Shown here piece by piece: positions 24,420 through 37,604 of a DNA stretch of 64,000 nucleotides (position 1 is its first letter; each line of letters starts with the position of its first letter). Location: contig OZ024743.1 of assembly GCA_964016885.1 (NCBI GenBank), positions 126,294,001-126,358,000 on the forward strand, written 5' to 3'. Made by a program: the position numbers and the translations under genes. The notes beneath the pieces were generated by a model that searched no databases, was not told the DNA's origin, and worked only from the letters and a program-made list of their open reading frames with translations. Source of the stretch: Eledone cirrhosa (Eukaryota).

Positions 24420-24745
24420 TGTTTCTACTTTTGGCACAAGGCCAGCAATTACCCAGTACATTACTGGTACTTTATTTTATCGACCCCGTAAGGATGAAAG
24501 GCAAAGTTAACCTCGGCGGGATTTGAACTCAGAATAGCAAGGGCCGTAACTCCATGCGTCAAAGCATGGCATCCGACCCTCTACTGATACTACCAATCTA
24601 CCGATTTAATATCAAATAATGGTTTCTGATTTAGGCACAAGGCCAACAATTTTTTGGGAAAGGGAAAGTCGATTAAATTGACCCCAGTGCATTACTGGTA
24701 CTTTATTTTATTGACCCCCATCAGGGTGAAAGGCAAAGCTAACCT
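24420..24745 (-). mobile_element. Young Nin/Deu SINE (24420-24602) inserted at the tail of an older one
   Basis: 18-bp TSD GATTTAATATCAAATAAT at 24402-24419 and 24603-24620. Confidence 0.85.
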
Positions 24746-25986
24746 AGAACCAGGAGTGGTTTTGAGCAGATCGGTATAAAAAAGTTCAGACTTACTTGCT
24801 AAAGGTTCCATGCAATAAGATCAATCCCAGGACCCAATGATTGTGAAGCAAACTTGTTAGCCATTCAACAATGCCTTCCTACACACTCACAGATAACACG
24901 CTAAGGAGAAAACTATCAGAAAAGAAAAAAAATCACTTTTTCGGGTGTTAAAACCTTATTGGAACTTTTACAATATACCTCTAGAGACGGTTTGTAACTT
25001 TGTTTGCATCAGTACATCTAGGATTTATCTAATTCTCTTCCTGATCTAATGTTTGGCATGTTGATAATAAGAACAGCATCCAGCTATTGAAGAAAACACT
25101 TGCTCAAACAATACACCAATGAAGGAAGGGCACCTAAGACCAGAAATTTCCAAACTAGAATACCTTTGATTGTCTTACCTGGGGCTAAACAACAACATAT
25201 AGACACCAAACATTGTGAAAGCGATACAACACATACCAGCATGGATATGAATCAGTAAAAAAGACTATTGTTATATTTGGGGATGGTCATGTTGCAAATA
25301 TTGCCAATAGAAAGAAATAGACACACTATATAATTTTCACTTTCACTTTATCTTCATTGTTTGTTATTTCTTTGTTTATCAAAGTTCTTCTGTCACACAT
25401 TCTGTAACCTCCTCAATGATTATCTCCATCTTGTCTTTGTTTGTTTTGTGGTGCATTTTGTCTTTCATGTCTTTGCATGTTCATACACCTGTGTCTCTGT
25501 GTGTGGTGTGTATGTGTTTTTGTGTTTGTATTATTTACGTGTGTTTTATGGGTGTGAGGGTTTGTATTGTTTGCTGTTTGTGTCTTGTTTTTTGTTTGTG
25601 TTTTATTCTCTCTTCAGTCATTAAGTTGCGGGTTAAAGACGTTTAAAATCATCATCATCATCATCGTTTAACGTCCATCTTCCACGCTAGCATGGTTTTG
25701 TCCCATTTGAGGCAAGATTGGTCGAGAGACCGTGCCTCGATCATACAGAACTGTTTCTGGAGGGGTTTCTATGGCTGGATGCCCTTTCTAACACCAACCA
25801 CAATTACAGTGTGGACTGGGAGCCTCTTTACCGTATCTCCTACACGACCACTTCACAGTGTGGATTGGGTGCTTTTTGTCGTGTCACCTACACGACCACT
25901 TTACAGTGGACGGAAATGGGAAGATGGAGTAGGGGGTGTGGGATGGGGGGTATATTGGGTTAAGAGGTGCCTACTGAATAATAGAG

Positions 25987-26052
25987 TATATTAATATTTT
26001 GTGGACACAGCTTAACCATTTGGTTAAGCTGTGTCCACAAAATATTAATATA
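25987..26052. repeat. Perfect palindrome with 32-bp arms and 2-nt spacer
   Basis: TATATTAATATTTTGTGGACACAGCTTAACCA-TT-TGGTTAAGCTGTGTCCACAAAATATTAATATA. Confidence 0.95.
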
Positions 26053-26919
26053 AATTTGCTGTGCAATCATAAAAGTGTGATATTTTGACCTTGTTTAACC
26101 TAAGCCTGATGAGTGAAATTGGGTAGATGGAAACTGTTTTGAAGCCCATCAGATAGAGTACTCTTCATTGAAAGGACTAGCCTTGTCACACATTCAAGCT
26201 GAATCTCTCTGAGAATTACATAAAGGGTACATGTTTCTGTGGAATGCCCAGTCACTAACATGTTAATTTAACAAGGAAGATGCCTCATTGTACAAACATC
26301 TGGAACACTTATTGTAGAAACCGATGGAAGTTCATTTACCTTTCATTACCTTTATCTAATATTAATATTTCTATATGAGAATAGGGGTGGTGGATTGGCA
26401 GTATCGGCAGAGCATCAGACAAAATGATTTGTGGTATTTAGCTATGACTTTCTATATTCTGATAAATTCTGCCAAGGTTAACTTTACCTTTCATCTTTTC
26501 AGGGTCGATAAAATAAAGTAGCAGTTAAGAACTGGGGCTGATTAAATCAACTTTGTCTTTCCTCCAAATTTGCAGGCCCTGTGCCTAAATTAAAAACCAA
26601 TATTTCTATATGAGAGTATAATATGAATAAACAAATGTTTAGTGCTTCACAAAGCATGTTCCAATAAACCTCAAAGTTCCATGAAAAAACTTTGAGGTTG
26701 CGTAAAATAAAGAACCTTTTAATAAAATTTAATAATAAAAAAACATTTTTATTTATGAATAAATTTTCTCTCTAAAATAAATTTAGTTTTATTTAATATC
26801 TTATTAGAATTAGGGTGGTGGGGATTATCTGTAAAATACAGGCATGGGTTCTGTGATTTTTGGATAATTATATAAAGGTTCTGTCTCATAAATTTGGAAA
26901 CCACTGACATATGCCTATA

Positions 26920-26945
26920 CGAGACAGAGAGAGAGAGGGAAAGAA

Positions 26946-27010
<65 letters not shown>

Positions 27011-27210
27011 AAGAAAGAGAGAGAGAGAGCGCAAGAAAGGGAGAGAGAGAGAGCGAGGGAGAGAATTCAACAAACCGATTTTTACTTCTAATCAAATACA
27101 GTTTGTCTAGAAAGATTTCATACAAATAAAGAAATCTTAGGTGTCTATGTGCATGTATGCATGTGTGTATGTATGTGTGTGTGAGACTCTCCTCTTCCTC
27201 TTCCTCTTCA

Positions 27211-27294
<84 letters not shown>

Positions 27295-27336
27295 CACTAC
27301 TACTACCACTACTACTACCACTACTACTAGTACTAC
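26920..27336. repeat. (GA)n and (CTA/CCA)n microsatellites
   Basis: Directly visible. Confidence 0.95.
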
Positions 27337-27492
27337 ATTGTTACTGCCAAGAAACATTCAAAACAATGAAATCTTTGCTCCTATTATACTGCATGACAAT
27401 ACCACTTAAAATAACCATTGTAGTTTAAGGGAGATTTAATATCTGGACACTTGATATCATGATGGCAATGAATGGTATGATGTGAAGATGTA

Positions 27493-29660
27493 GTGATGAT
27501 GATGATGATGATGAGGAGGAGGAGGAGGGGGGGGGAGATGAGGGTGGTGGTGATGATGATGATTGTGATAATGGTGATGGTTGTGATGATGGTGATGGTT
27601 GCGATGATGGTGATGGTTGTGATGATGGTGATGATGATGATTGTGATAATGGTGATGGTTGTGATGATGGTGATGATGATGATTGTGATAATGGTGATAG
27701 TTGTGATGATGGTGATGGTTGTGATGATGGTGATGGTTGTGATGATGGTGATGGTTGTGATGATGGTGATGGTTGTGATGATGGTGATGATGGTTGTGAT
27801 GATGGTGATGGTTGTGATGATGGTGATGGTTGTGATGATGGTGATGATGATGATTGTGATAATGGTGATGGTTGCGATGATGGTGATGATGATGATTGTG
27901 ATAATGGTGATAGTTGTGATGATGGTGATGATGATGATTGTGATAATGGTGATGGTTGTGATGATGGTGATGGTTGTGATTGTGATAATGGTGATGGTTG
28001 CGATGATGGTGATGATGATGATTGTGATAATGGTGATGGTTGCGATGATGGTGATTGTTGTGATGATGGTGATGGTTGTGATGATGGTGATGGTTGTGAT
28101 GATGGTGATGGTTGTGATGATGGTGATGATGATGGTTGTGATGATGGTGATGGTTGTGATGATGGTGATGATGATGATTGTGATAATGGTGATGGTTGCG
28201 ATGATGGTGATGATGATGATTGTGATAATGGTGATGGTTGCGATGATGGTGATTGTTGTGATGATGGTGATGGTTGTGATGATGGTGATGGTTTTGATGA
28301 TGGTGATGATGATGATTGTGATAATGGTGATGGTTGTGATGATGGTGATGATGATGATTGTGATAATGGTGATGGTTGCGATGATGGTGATTGTTGTGAT
28401 GATGGTGATGGTTGTGATGATGGTGATGATGATGGTTGTGATGATGGTGATGGTTGTGATGAGGGTGATGATGATGATTGTGATAATGGTGATGGTTGTG
28501 ATGATGGTGATGATGATGATTGTGATAATGGTGATGGTTGCGATGATGGTGATTGTTGTGATGATGGTGATGGTTGTGATGATGGTGATGATGATGGTTG
28601 TGATGATGGTGATGGTTGTGATGAGGGTGATGATGATGATTGTGATAATGGTGATGGTTGTGATGATGGTGATGGTTGTGATGATGGTGATGATGATGAT
28701 TGTATTAATGGTGATGGTTGTGATGATGGTGATGGTTGTGATGATGGTGATGATGGTTGTGATGATGGTGATGGTTGTGATGATGGTGATGGTTGTGATG
28801 ATGGTGATGATGATGATTGTATTAATGGTGATGGTTGTGATGATGGTGATGGTTGTGATGGTGATGATGATGATTGTGATAATGGTGATGGTTGTGATGA
28901 TGGTGATGGTTGTGATGATGGTGATGGTTGTGATGATGGTGATGGTTGTGATGATGGTGATGATGATGATTGTGATAATGGTGATGGTTGTGATGATGGT
29001 GATGGTTGTGATGATGGTGACGGTTGTGATGATGGTGATGATGATGATTGTAATAATGGTGATGGTTGTGATAATGGTGATGGTTGTGATGATGGTGATG
29101 ATGATGATTGTGATAATGGTGATGGTTGTGATGATGGTGATGGTTGTGATGATGGTGATGATGATGATTGTAATAATGGTGATGGTTGTGATGATGGTGA
29201 TGGTTGTGATAATGGTGATGGTTGTGATGATGGTGATGGTTGTGATGATGGTGATGATGATGATTGTGATGATGGTGATGGTTGTGATGATGGTGATGGT
29301 TGTGATGATGGTGATGATGATGATTGTAATAATGGTGATGGTTGTGATGATGGTGATGGTTGTGATGATGGTGATGATGGTGATGATGATGATTGTAATA
29401 ATGGTGATGGTTGTGATGATGGTGATGGTTGTGATGATGGTTGACAGTTGTGATGATGGTGATGATGATGGTATTGATGTTGATGATTATGAGTAAGAGG
29501 ATAGCGATGATGATGATGATGATGATGATGATGAGGACGAGGATGGGGGAAGGAGGAGGGGGATGGTGGTGATGACGATGATGGTGATGGCGATGGTATT
29601 GATGTCAATGTTTATGAGTAGGAGGATGGTGATGCTGAAGATGATGATGATGTTGAAACC
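27493..29660. repeat. Complex (GAT/GGT)-derived satellite with an 18-bp base unit GTGATGATGGTGATGGTT
   Basis: About 2 kb of mixed 18- and 21-bp variant units; explains the 727-aa and 667-aa ORFs. Confidence 0.95.
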
Positions 29661-29837
29661 AGTGCTGTTAATGGCGGCAATGTTGATGATGATGAAGGTG
29701 GGGAAGAAGTAATGTGAAAAGGTGGTCAAAAGGTTAACACCTTTCCATAGTCATGCTGACCATAAACTAACATCAAATGCAGATGACTGCCATCAGTTCC
29801 ATAAAAGCTCCATCCTTATACTTTATGTTTCTCTGTT

Positions 29838-29838
29838 G

Positions 29839-29876
<38 letters not shown>

Positions 29877-29889
29877 GGTGGTGGTAGTG

Positions 29890-29952
<63 letters not shown>

Positions 29953-30001
29953 ATAGTGGTAGTGGTGTTGGTGTTGGTGGTGGTAGTAGTAATAGTAGTG
30001 G
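29838..30001. repeat. (GTA/GTG)n microsatellite
   Basis: Directly visible. Confidence 0.95.
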
Positions 30002-30117
30002 CATCAGCAGCAGCAGGAGCAAAATACTCCAAGATAAGTTATCTTCAGATAAGAGACTTGGTTCAAATCCTTGCCACAGAGGAATCTATGTTAAAGGTAC
30101 CTGTGAGACAAATAATT

Positions 30118-30293
30118 GTTTCTACTTTTGGCACAAGGCCAGCAAATATCCAGTACATTACTGGTACTTTATTTTATCGACCCCGTAAGGATGAAAGGCA
30201 AAGTTAACCTCGGCGGGATTTGAACTCAGACTGTAAAGGGACGTAACTATGCTAGAAAGCATGGCGTCCGACCCTCTACCGATACTGCCAATC
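30118..30293 (-). mobile_element. Nin/Deu SINE
   Basis: Core motif; CAAATAAT on both sides. Confidence 0.85.
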
Positions 30294-31456
30294 CAAATAA
30301 TGGTGTTAAACCTACCCTCAAAAAAATACAGTCCATCTGATGGGCTTCCACATAGTTTCTGTCCATTCAAAGGCTTATGTAGATCCTAGACCAGAGATCA
30401 ACAAACTCTTTTTTTAATAGCCTACACATATATTATATATCTTACATATAAACATTTGAAAAGGTTTGAGTAGGACCACGGAACACCTCAATAGCCCCCA
30501 GGTATATTATATCATATCTTACATATAGACATTTTAAAAGACCCAGGGTCCCCAGTGAACACTTTAATGGTCCATATCATCATCATCATTTTATGTCTGC
30601 TGTTCCATGCTTGCATGGGTTGAACAGGTCTTTTTCAGCACAGCATCTCTCCACTCATCATGTTCTTTCATTATCTCATCTGTGAACTTCAGTGATTTGA
30701 GCTCAGCTCTCACCACTTCAGCTCAGGTTTCTTTTAATCTTCTTCTACTGCAGCTTCCTTCCACTAGGATTTCCAGACACTCCTTCACCTAACGATCATC
30801 ATCCATGTGCATCACATGTCCATGCCAGCACAGTCTTCTCTCTTGCATATTACATCTGATTCCTTTTATACCCAGTTTCTCTCTCAGTTCATCATGTTTT
30901 GTTGTTCATAAACATTAACATTGCATATCCAGCAAAGCATGCTTGCTTTTTTCCCCCAGCCTTCGCATACCAATACAGCCAATGTCTCACTACTGTGCAA
31001 CATTACACTTCATATCCCAACATCACATATAAACATTTGAAAAGGTCTAGGGCCCACAAAAACCACCTCAATAGCCCACTAGCATGTTATATCATGCCTT
31101 ACATATAAACATTTGAAAAGGTCTGGGGCTCACAGAGATCACCTCAATAACCCATAGGTGTATTATATCATACCTTACATATAAACATTTTAAAAGGTCT
31201 GAGGCTCAAAGAAAACAACTCATTAGCCTTCATGTCTATTATATAATATCTTACATATAACCATTTTAAAAGGTCTGAGATTCACAGAGAACACCTCAAG
31301 AGCCTCCTATATATTATATCTTACATGTAAACATTTCAAAATGTCTGAGGCCCACATGTATATTATATCATATTTTACATATAAACATTTCAAAGATCAG
31401 AGGTGGCCCACAGAGAACACTTCCATGGTTTACATGTATATTATATCATATTTTAC

Positions 31457-32420
31457 TGAAGACGAACGGATATCCAACACCCACAATGAATCGACTTAAG
31501 AATCAAAGGCGCCTCAGGCATAAGACCTCCTCTAACACCTGCTTCATGAAATTACCACATTTCAGTGAAAGCATAACCACAGCTATCCGAAGAGCTATCC
31601 GCAAAGAAGGACTGGACATACAGTTAGCACACTCCAGCCCTTCACTGCGTGGACACCTGTCTAAGAAGCAATCCAGAGACAACAACAATCAATGCTCCCT
31701 GACTAACTGCCCCATCCGCGATACAGGTATGTGCCAGCGGACACATGTGGTATACTGGATTGAATGCAACAAATGTAAGGACTTCTACATTGGTAGCACG
31801 ACTCGAGCACTCCACACTTGCATTAAATAACACCTCAACACATGTGCATCCTCATTAAAAAAACACATCGACGAATGTAGAAACATCAACCAACATATTA
31901 CCATTACCATTAAAGCCAGTAATAGAAATGTGGGCAACTTAAGAATTAAGGAAGCCTTTCTCATACATAGACTCAACCCGCAAATAAATAATAGATTAGA
32001 ACTCAGCACACAGTACTTGACATAAAAAGACACACCCACAGGCACACAGACTAAACATCTCATACAAAAAAGAAAATTGATTTCATGAAATACTATATTG
32101 GCAATTGACGTCATTCACGTGGAAAGTGAAATAGCCATCGAAAAACGCTTGAAAATGACTTAGAAAAAATTTAAAGCAAAATCATAATTTTATCCCAAAG
32201 AGAGGAAATTGGAACGTTATCCACTGAAAGTTCCTTAAACCCTGATGAAGGGACTTTTAGGTCCCGAAATATTAGACAGATAAAAGAAGAACAACAACAA
32301 AGATTACCAGGTAAGTTACTTTTCGTTACCTCATCTTACAGTCCTTTTTGCATTGTTTAGCCTTCTATCTCTTTCAATGTTATATATTATATACAATGCT
32401 TCATGCAAACTATAATATTT
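31457..32420 (+). mobile_element. Penelope-like element 3' part: GIY-YIG endonuclease (one in-frame stop) plus pseudo-LTR
   Basis: CSLTNCPIR...CQRTHVVYWIECNKCKDFYIGSTTRALH...NLRIKEAFLIHRLNPQIN; hammerhead core and CAG|GTAAGT donor downstream. Confidence 0.9.
32236..32280 (+). ncRNA. Hammerhead core in the PLE pseudo-LTR (stem I decayed)
   Basis: CTGATGA-A-GGGAC-TTTTAG-GTCCC-GAAA-TATT at 32242-32273. Confidence 0.7.
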
Positions 32421-33349
32421 TATTTACATATAAACATTGGAAAAGGTCTAGGGTCCACAAAAACCACCTCAATAGCTTACATGTATATCATATAATATCT
32501 TAGGTATACACATTTGAAATGGTCTGATGCCCACAGAGACACCTCATTGTTGATAATACCCATGTCTTAAGCTATGGTAGAGACACTTACTGAAGGTGTT
32601 GCATAGTGGAATCAAACCCAGACCCATATGACTGACCTGGATCCAAGAACCAGATACACATGTGACATTTGCTACACATATAACACCAAACAACAATTTC
32701 AAACAGTCAGGGCCTTTGATTCTTAACTAACATTAGTAGCAGAATGTATGGACAAGATGAGACAAATGAAATAGGGAAGGGAAAGAAGAAAATTGGGACA
32801 CATGTAAGAATTAGTGATCTGAGAGTACAGGTGAACATCTTAAACAATAGTGTATGTAAAGACAACATAGAGTGGAAAGGACTCTTCAGTGAAGCCAAGG
32901 ACATGACAATTTCCTTAGTACTATTGACATTCTGTAAGGTGTTATGATGGTGCCACAATAAAATGTACCCAGTACACTCAAAAGTGTTAGTGCTGGTACC
33001 ACTACAAAATATACCTAGTACATTCTAGGCAATGAGTCATTAGAACATCGGGTAGAATGCTTTGTAGTATTTGTTTCAGCTCTCTGATCTCTAAGTTCGA
33101 ATCCCACTAAGGTCAACTTTGCCTTCCATCCATTTAAGGTCAATAAAAAAAGTACCACTCAAGTACTGGAGTCGATTCTTCCTCTATATCTCTTTCTCAC
33201 TTCCTTTCTCTCACTCTCTATCCTTCTATGGAAGAAATCTGTTGTATTCAGATCTGGAGAGATGGAGCTCCGCCAGGTTTTAAAACGCCCTAGAAATGCC
33301 TTATGTCAATACAGTGCTCCTAGACCTCCCTCAGGAGTTACAGGACCAT

Positions 33350-34272
33350 GCATGCATACATTCTGTAAATTGTTAGCACTGATGCAATGATAACATGCAC
33401 CCCATACACTCTGTAAATTGTTAATGCTGGTGACACAATAAAATGCACCTAGTACACCTTATAAAGTGTTAGTGTTGGTGCCAAGCTAAAATGCACCCAG
33501 TACACTTTATAAAGTGGTAGTGCTGGTACCTCTATAATATTTACTCACTACACTTTATAAAGTGTTAGTGTTGGTGCTGAGATAAAATGCACCCAGTACA
33601 CTTTATAAAGTGGTAGTGCTGGTACCTCTATAATATTTACTCACTACACTTTATAAAGTGTTAGTGTTGGTGCTGAGATAAAATGCACCCAGTACACTTT
33701 GTAAAGTGGTAGTGCTGGTACCACTATAATATTTACTCACTACACTTTATAAAGTGGTAGTGTTGGTGCCAAGATAAAATGCACCAAGTACACTTTGTAA
33801 AGTGGTAGTGCTGGTACCACTATAATATTTACTCACTACACTTTATAAAGTGTTAGTGTTGGTGCCAAGATAAAATGCACCAAGTACACTTTGTAAAGTG
33901 GTAGTGCTGGTACCACTATAATATTTACTCACTACACTTTATAAAGTGTTAGTGTTGGTGCCAAGATAAAATGCACCAAGTACACTTTGTAAAGTGGTAG
34001 TGCTGGTACCAATCTAAAATTCACCCAATACCCACTGTAAAATGATAGTGTTGGTACCACAATAAAATACATCCAGTACATACTGTAAAGTTGTTGGCAT
34101 TAGGAAGGCCATCCAGCTCTAGAAACCATGCTAACATATGAAACATATTATCAAGATGTTTTACTTTGGACCATGACAACCTATCCAATACATGCCAGCA
34201 TGGAAAATGGGGATAAAATCATGATAAAGATGGTGCTAGTGGCAGTGATGATGATGATGATGATGATGATGA
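33350..34272 (+). repeat. ~48-bp unit array (96-bp A/B dimers) followed by an RTE-type tail and (GAT)n
   Basis: GCACCCAGTACACTTT(A/G)TAAAGTGGTAGTGCTGGTACC units alternate with ACTCACTACACTTTATAAAGTGTTAGTGTTGGTGC units; then GGCATTAGGAAGGCCATCCAGC. Confidence 0.9.
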
Positions 34273-35589
34273 TAATTCAAGACTGCTTTACTTAATGATT
34301 GTACAAATAGACTCAGTGACTAAAGATAAATAAATAAAATCCAGACCAAAATACTGAACCAAAACATTAAATGAAAGAGTAACAGAAGTACATACCAACC
34401 ATGAAACATTATTCCTCTTGCTGTTAAAGTAAGCTCCAATTTTCTTATGAGGATTGTTTATATTTTCTAATACGCTTTTTTTATTTTTTTTTTTAGACTT
34501 TTTAAAGTTCTGTGCAAACAGAAGTTCTGCTGTCTCAGCAGTTAGATGTATGAAAATCCGTACCTTATTTAAAAAAATTAGTGTTGGCATCAGGAAGGAC
34601 AACTAGCCATAAAATTCTGCTTCAGAAAGTCTTATTCATGCCATCATAGAAAACAAATGGATGTAAAACTCACAATACTGATGATGATGAGGATGCAGAT
34701 ATTAAGTTTGGATTTCAAAAATATATATAAAGATTTTTTTTTTTTTTTAATTTAGAATTTTAGTATTTTATAACAAAATCCTGTTTAAATTGGATAATAG
34801 TTGAAGTAATCGCCAGTAATGACAAGCAAGGCTAATAATCAAGTGTGGTAGATTTTTCAGTTGAATCTTCAATACCATTCAAAAGTAGATGCATATTCTG
34901 TCACATGGTTAACTCAGAAATACATTCCGATGAGCAGAAAGGTAGAGATGTAAACATGAGATCTAAATACAAGAGTTGATGTATTGCTGTGAATTAAATA
35001 CCGAAAGCATCCATGAAAATGTAGCCATATATAGTGGGTTATTTAAAATCAGCTTAAAACTAATTCCATCATCTGACTAATGCTAGAATATAGCAACAGA
35101 TGAAATTGGTATGTGTGCAACAATGTGTTGCTTATCTTTTTCATAGTGTGTCTACAAGCTATCACCAATTGTGAGCTAGCTGCTAAGAACACACATACAG
35201 CTGAGACAGCTTGCTTCTCATCTCACATATTTCTCAACAAGATAAAATCAATTATTTCCACAGTTAATATTTTACAAGTGGAATGAAAAGTTTGCATTAT
35301 TTCAGCATATTCTACCTGCTAGTAAATTATTCATTAAATTATCACTGGCCATGAAAAGTTTCCAGTGAAAGAGAAATGTCAAAGATTGGTAGCAGGCCTG
35401 GTATGTGTTTTTAAGTATGGCACTTAATTCCACTGATCTTTATGTGTTGAACTGCTAAGTTCATCATCAATATCATTATTTTATATTGGCTTTCCATGCT
35501 AGCATGGGTTAGGTGGGTCCAAACAGTCTGAGCCTGTTCTTATTTGAAGACAGGTTAATGACCACGACATACTTGTAGGTTCCACAGTT

Positions 35590-35805
35590 GCATGGCATAT
35601 TGTTTATGTGAGACAGTTAAACGTCACCGGCTGTAGAAGTAGTATCCAAGTGAAGACATACAGACAAATCACCACACGCATGCTTAGACAAAGGCTGAAG
35701 AATTTGAACTTCTCACAATAACGAAATTGGATGAATTAGTTCTTGAAAGCAATAACTCATTAGCCTGGTGCCATAAGAAGCAAAAAAACGTTAACAGCCA
35801 TCAAC
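35590..35805 (+). mobile_element. Highly decayed PLE GIY-YIG relic
   Basis: HIVY...TGCRSSIQVKTYRQITTRM and EEFELLT...LVLES resemble IVY...C..C...YIG.T.R.L..R and LES motifs. Confidence 0.4.
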
Positions 35806-37604
35806 CAACACTTTTTAAAAAAATTTGTGTTCAATATAGTAATACACAAAACCAGTCTTTGTTCTTTGAGTAGTTTATTCTATAGAAATTTTGTAGAATA
35901 TCAAATGCCAAAACAATATATATAAAGTGGCATTAGGAATTGTATATGAATATTTATTGCTAAGTTCTCAGTACTTTTTTTAAACATATTAAATATTTAT
36001 GTTTTTACAAAAAATTTTATGCAGAATGAATGTTACTTTAGATGATAATATTGATGATGACAATAAAGAAGAAAATGAGGAATGCAGTACAGTTACTCTT
36101 ATTGTTTTTACTGTTTAGTCAGGACGGGAAAGGCAATGCACATAATTAATTTGTGTTGTTAACAAAACTTAGTGTCATCATCATTATCATCACCATCATC
36201 ATCATTCATCATTCATCATTCATCAGCATCATCATTATTTTACATGTTTTCCATGCTGTTATGGGTTTTCACAGTATGAGACTAAACCAGTTGGAGGACC
36301 ATGTCTTGCTTATACATTCCATTTTTATATGATTTCTATGGCTGAATGCCCTTTCTAACAGCAACCACTTTACAAAGTGAACGATGTGTTATAAAAAATT
36401 ATATTTTCAAAATGCTATGCTGCCAATGAGAAACTTTTGGAAAGCTCTGCAATATTTACTGTCTCAAATGATCTTTCTAGGATGTCTCAAATTCTTAGCT
36501 CTGATATAGATTTGCATCAGTACATGATGTTCTTCATCAGTTTAGAATAATTATTGGTAATTTGCAAAATTAAAAGATGTTCTAAGAGGAAAAATCTGTT
36601 CTTCTATCTAGCAACATTCTAAGCTCCATTCAGAGAAGAAAGTGTAAAAGCCATTTAGGCTGGGTCTCTAGTCTGAAGATACATTCTTCCCTCTCTCCCA
36701 TCAGTCTTAGGGGCCTGAGGCTCTAGTAGAAGACACTTGTCTAAAGCTTCAGGCAATAGGATAAAATCAAAGACCATGTGGTGACAAAGTGTACTTCTTA
36801 ACCCAACAGTAATGACTGCTTCTTGATGTATACAGAAATATTATGTAAAGTGTAGAAATGTTAAATGACATTTGTTAACTCTATAGAAAAATCAAGCCAG
36901 GATGTATGCATATGATACTTTGTCAAAGTCTTCAATAATAATCAAATGGTCTGCGTTTCACCATAGTACCATAGTGCTGATGATCATTTTGAGGTCAATT
37001 CATAAATTAAGTCTCAAGAGAATTTAGTTTCCCAAGAATTTACTACTGCATTATGATGTTTTCCACATTTATAATGCATGACAATGGCTCAGCTATTCAT
37101 CATTTTAAACTCTTTTCTATTCTTTCTAGCATGGGTTAGTCAAGACTTTTTTGAGGCAGTTTTTTTACAGCTGAATGTTCTTCCTGATGTCAATTTTTGT
37201 TTGTTTTTAAATAAGTTACTTAATTCTTCCCACATTGAACCACTGAGTTGTGGGACATATTTTTTATACTGATAAAGAAGTTAAATTTCATGAGTGATAG
37301 ATGTACTGGAGTAGCTAGCTGTAAGAGTACATGTGAGATAAATTCCTTCAATTGCTTTGGTGTAAAATATTGATGGAGATTGGGATGTATATCCCCATTT
37401 GAGTCTCTCCTGCTATTTATGCTTATATTAAGTCTCCACAAACTCCCCCCCCCCTCTCTCTTCATTACTCTCTCAACTAAACGTTTTAATGTATGGCTCC
37501 ATCAGGACCACAAGTTGAATGGCTTAAAACCAGTAAAAGAATACAAACATCAATTGTGTATAGTTAGTGAGTTGACACAGAGTATAGAACAACATTCTTT
37601 AGAA

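Larger units (their letters stand above)
30420..32546. repeat. Diverged ~75-bp tandem array interrupted by RTE (30577-31010) and PLE (31457-32420) insertions
   Basis: Unit resembles ATATTATATCATATCTTACATATAAACATTTGAAAAGGTCTGAGGCCCACAGAGAACACCTCAATAGCC; the array resumes at 32428. Confidence 0.85.

Noticed and set aside
26101-26140. CTGATGAGTGAAA hammerhead-like motif
   Set aside because: No stem II; it lies in a decayed SINE segment (cf. GTGAGTGAAATTTGG at 19729).
27425-29608. 727-aa and 667-aa ORFs
   Set aside because: Translations of a triplet-based satellite on both strands; no domain or splice evidence.
35574-35695. Minus-strand exon with signal-peptide-like MRVVICLYVFTWILLL
   Set aside because: Stops in all three frames; the plus strand is better explained as a GIY-YIG relic.
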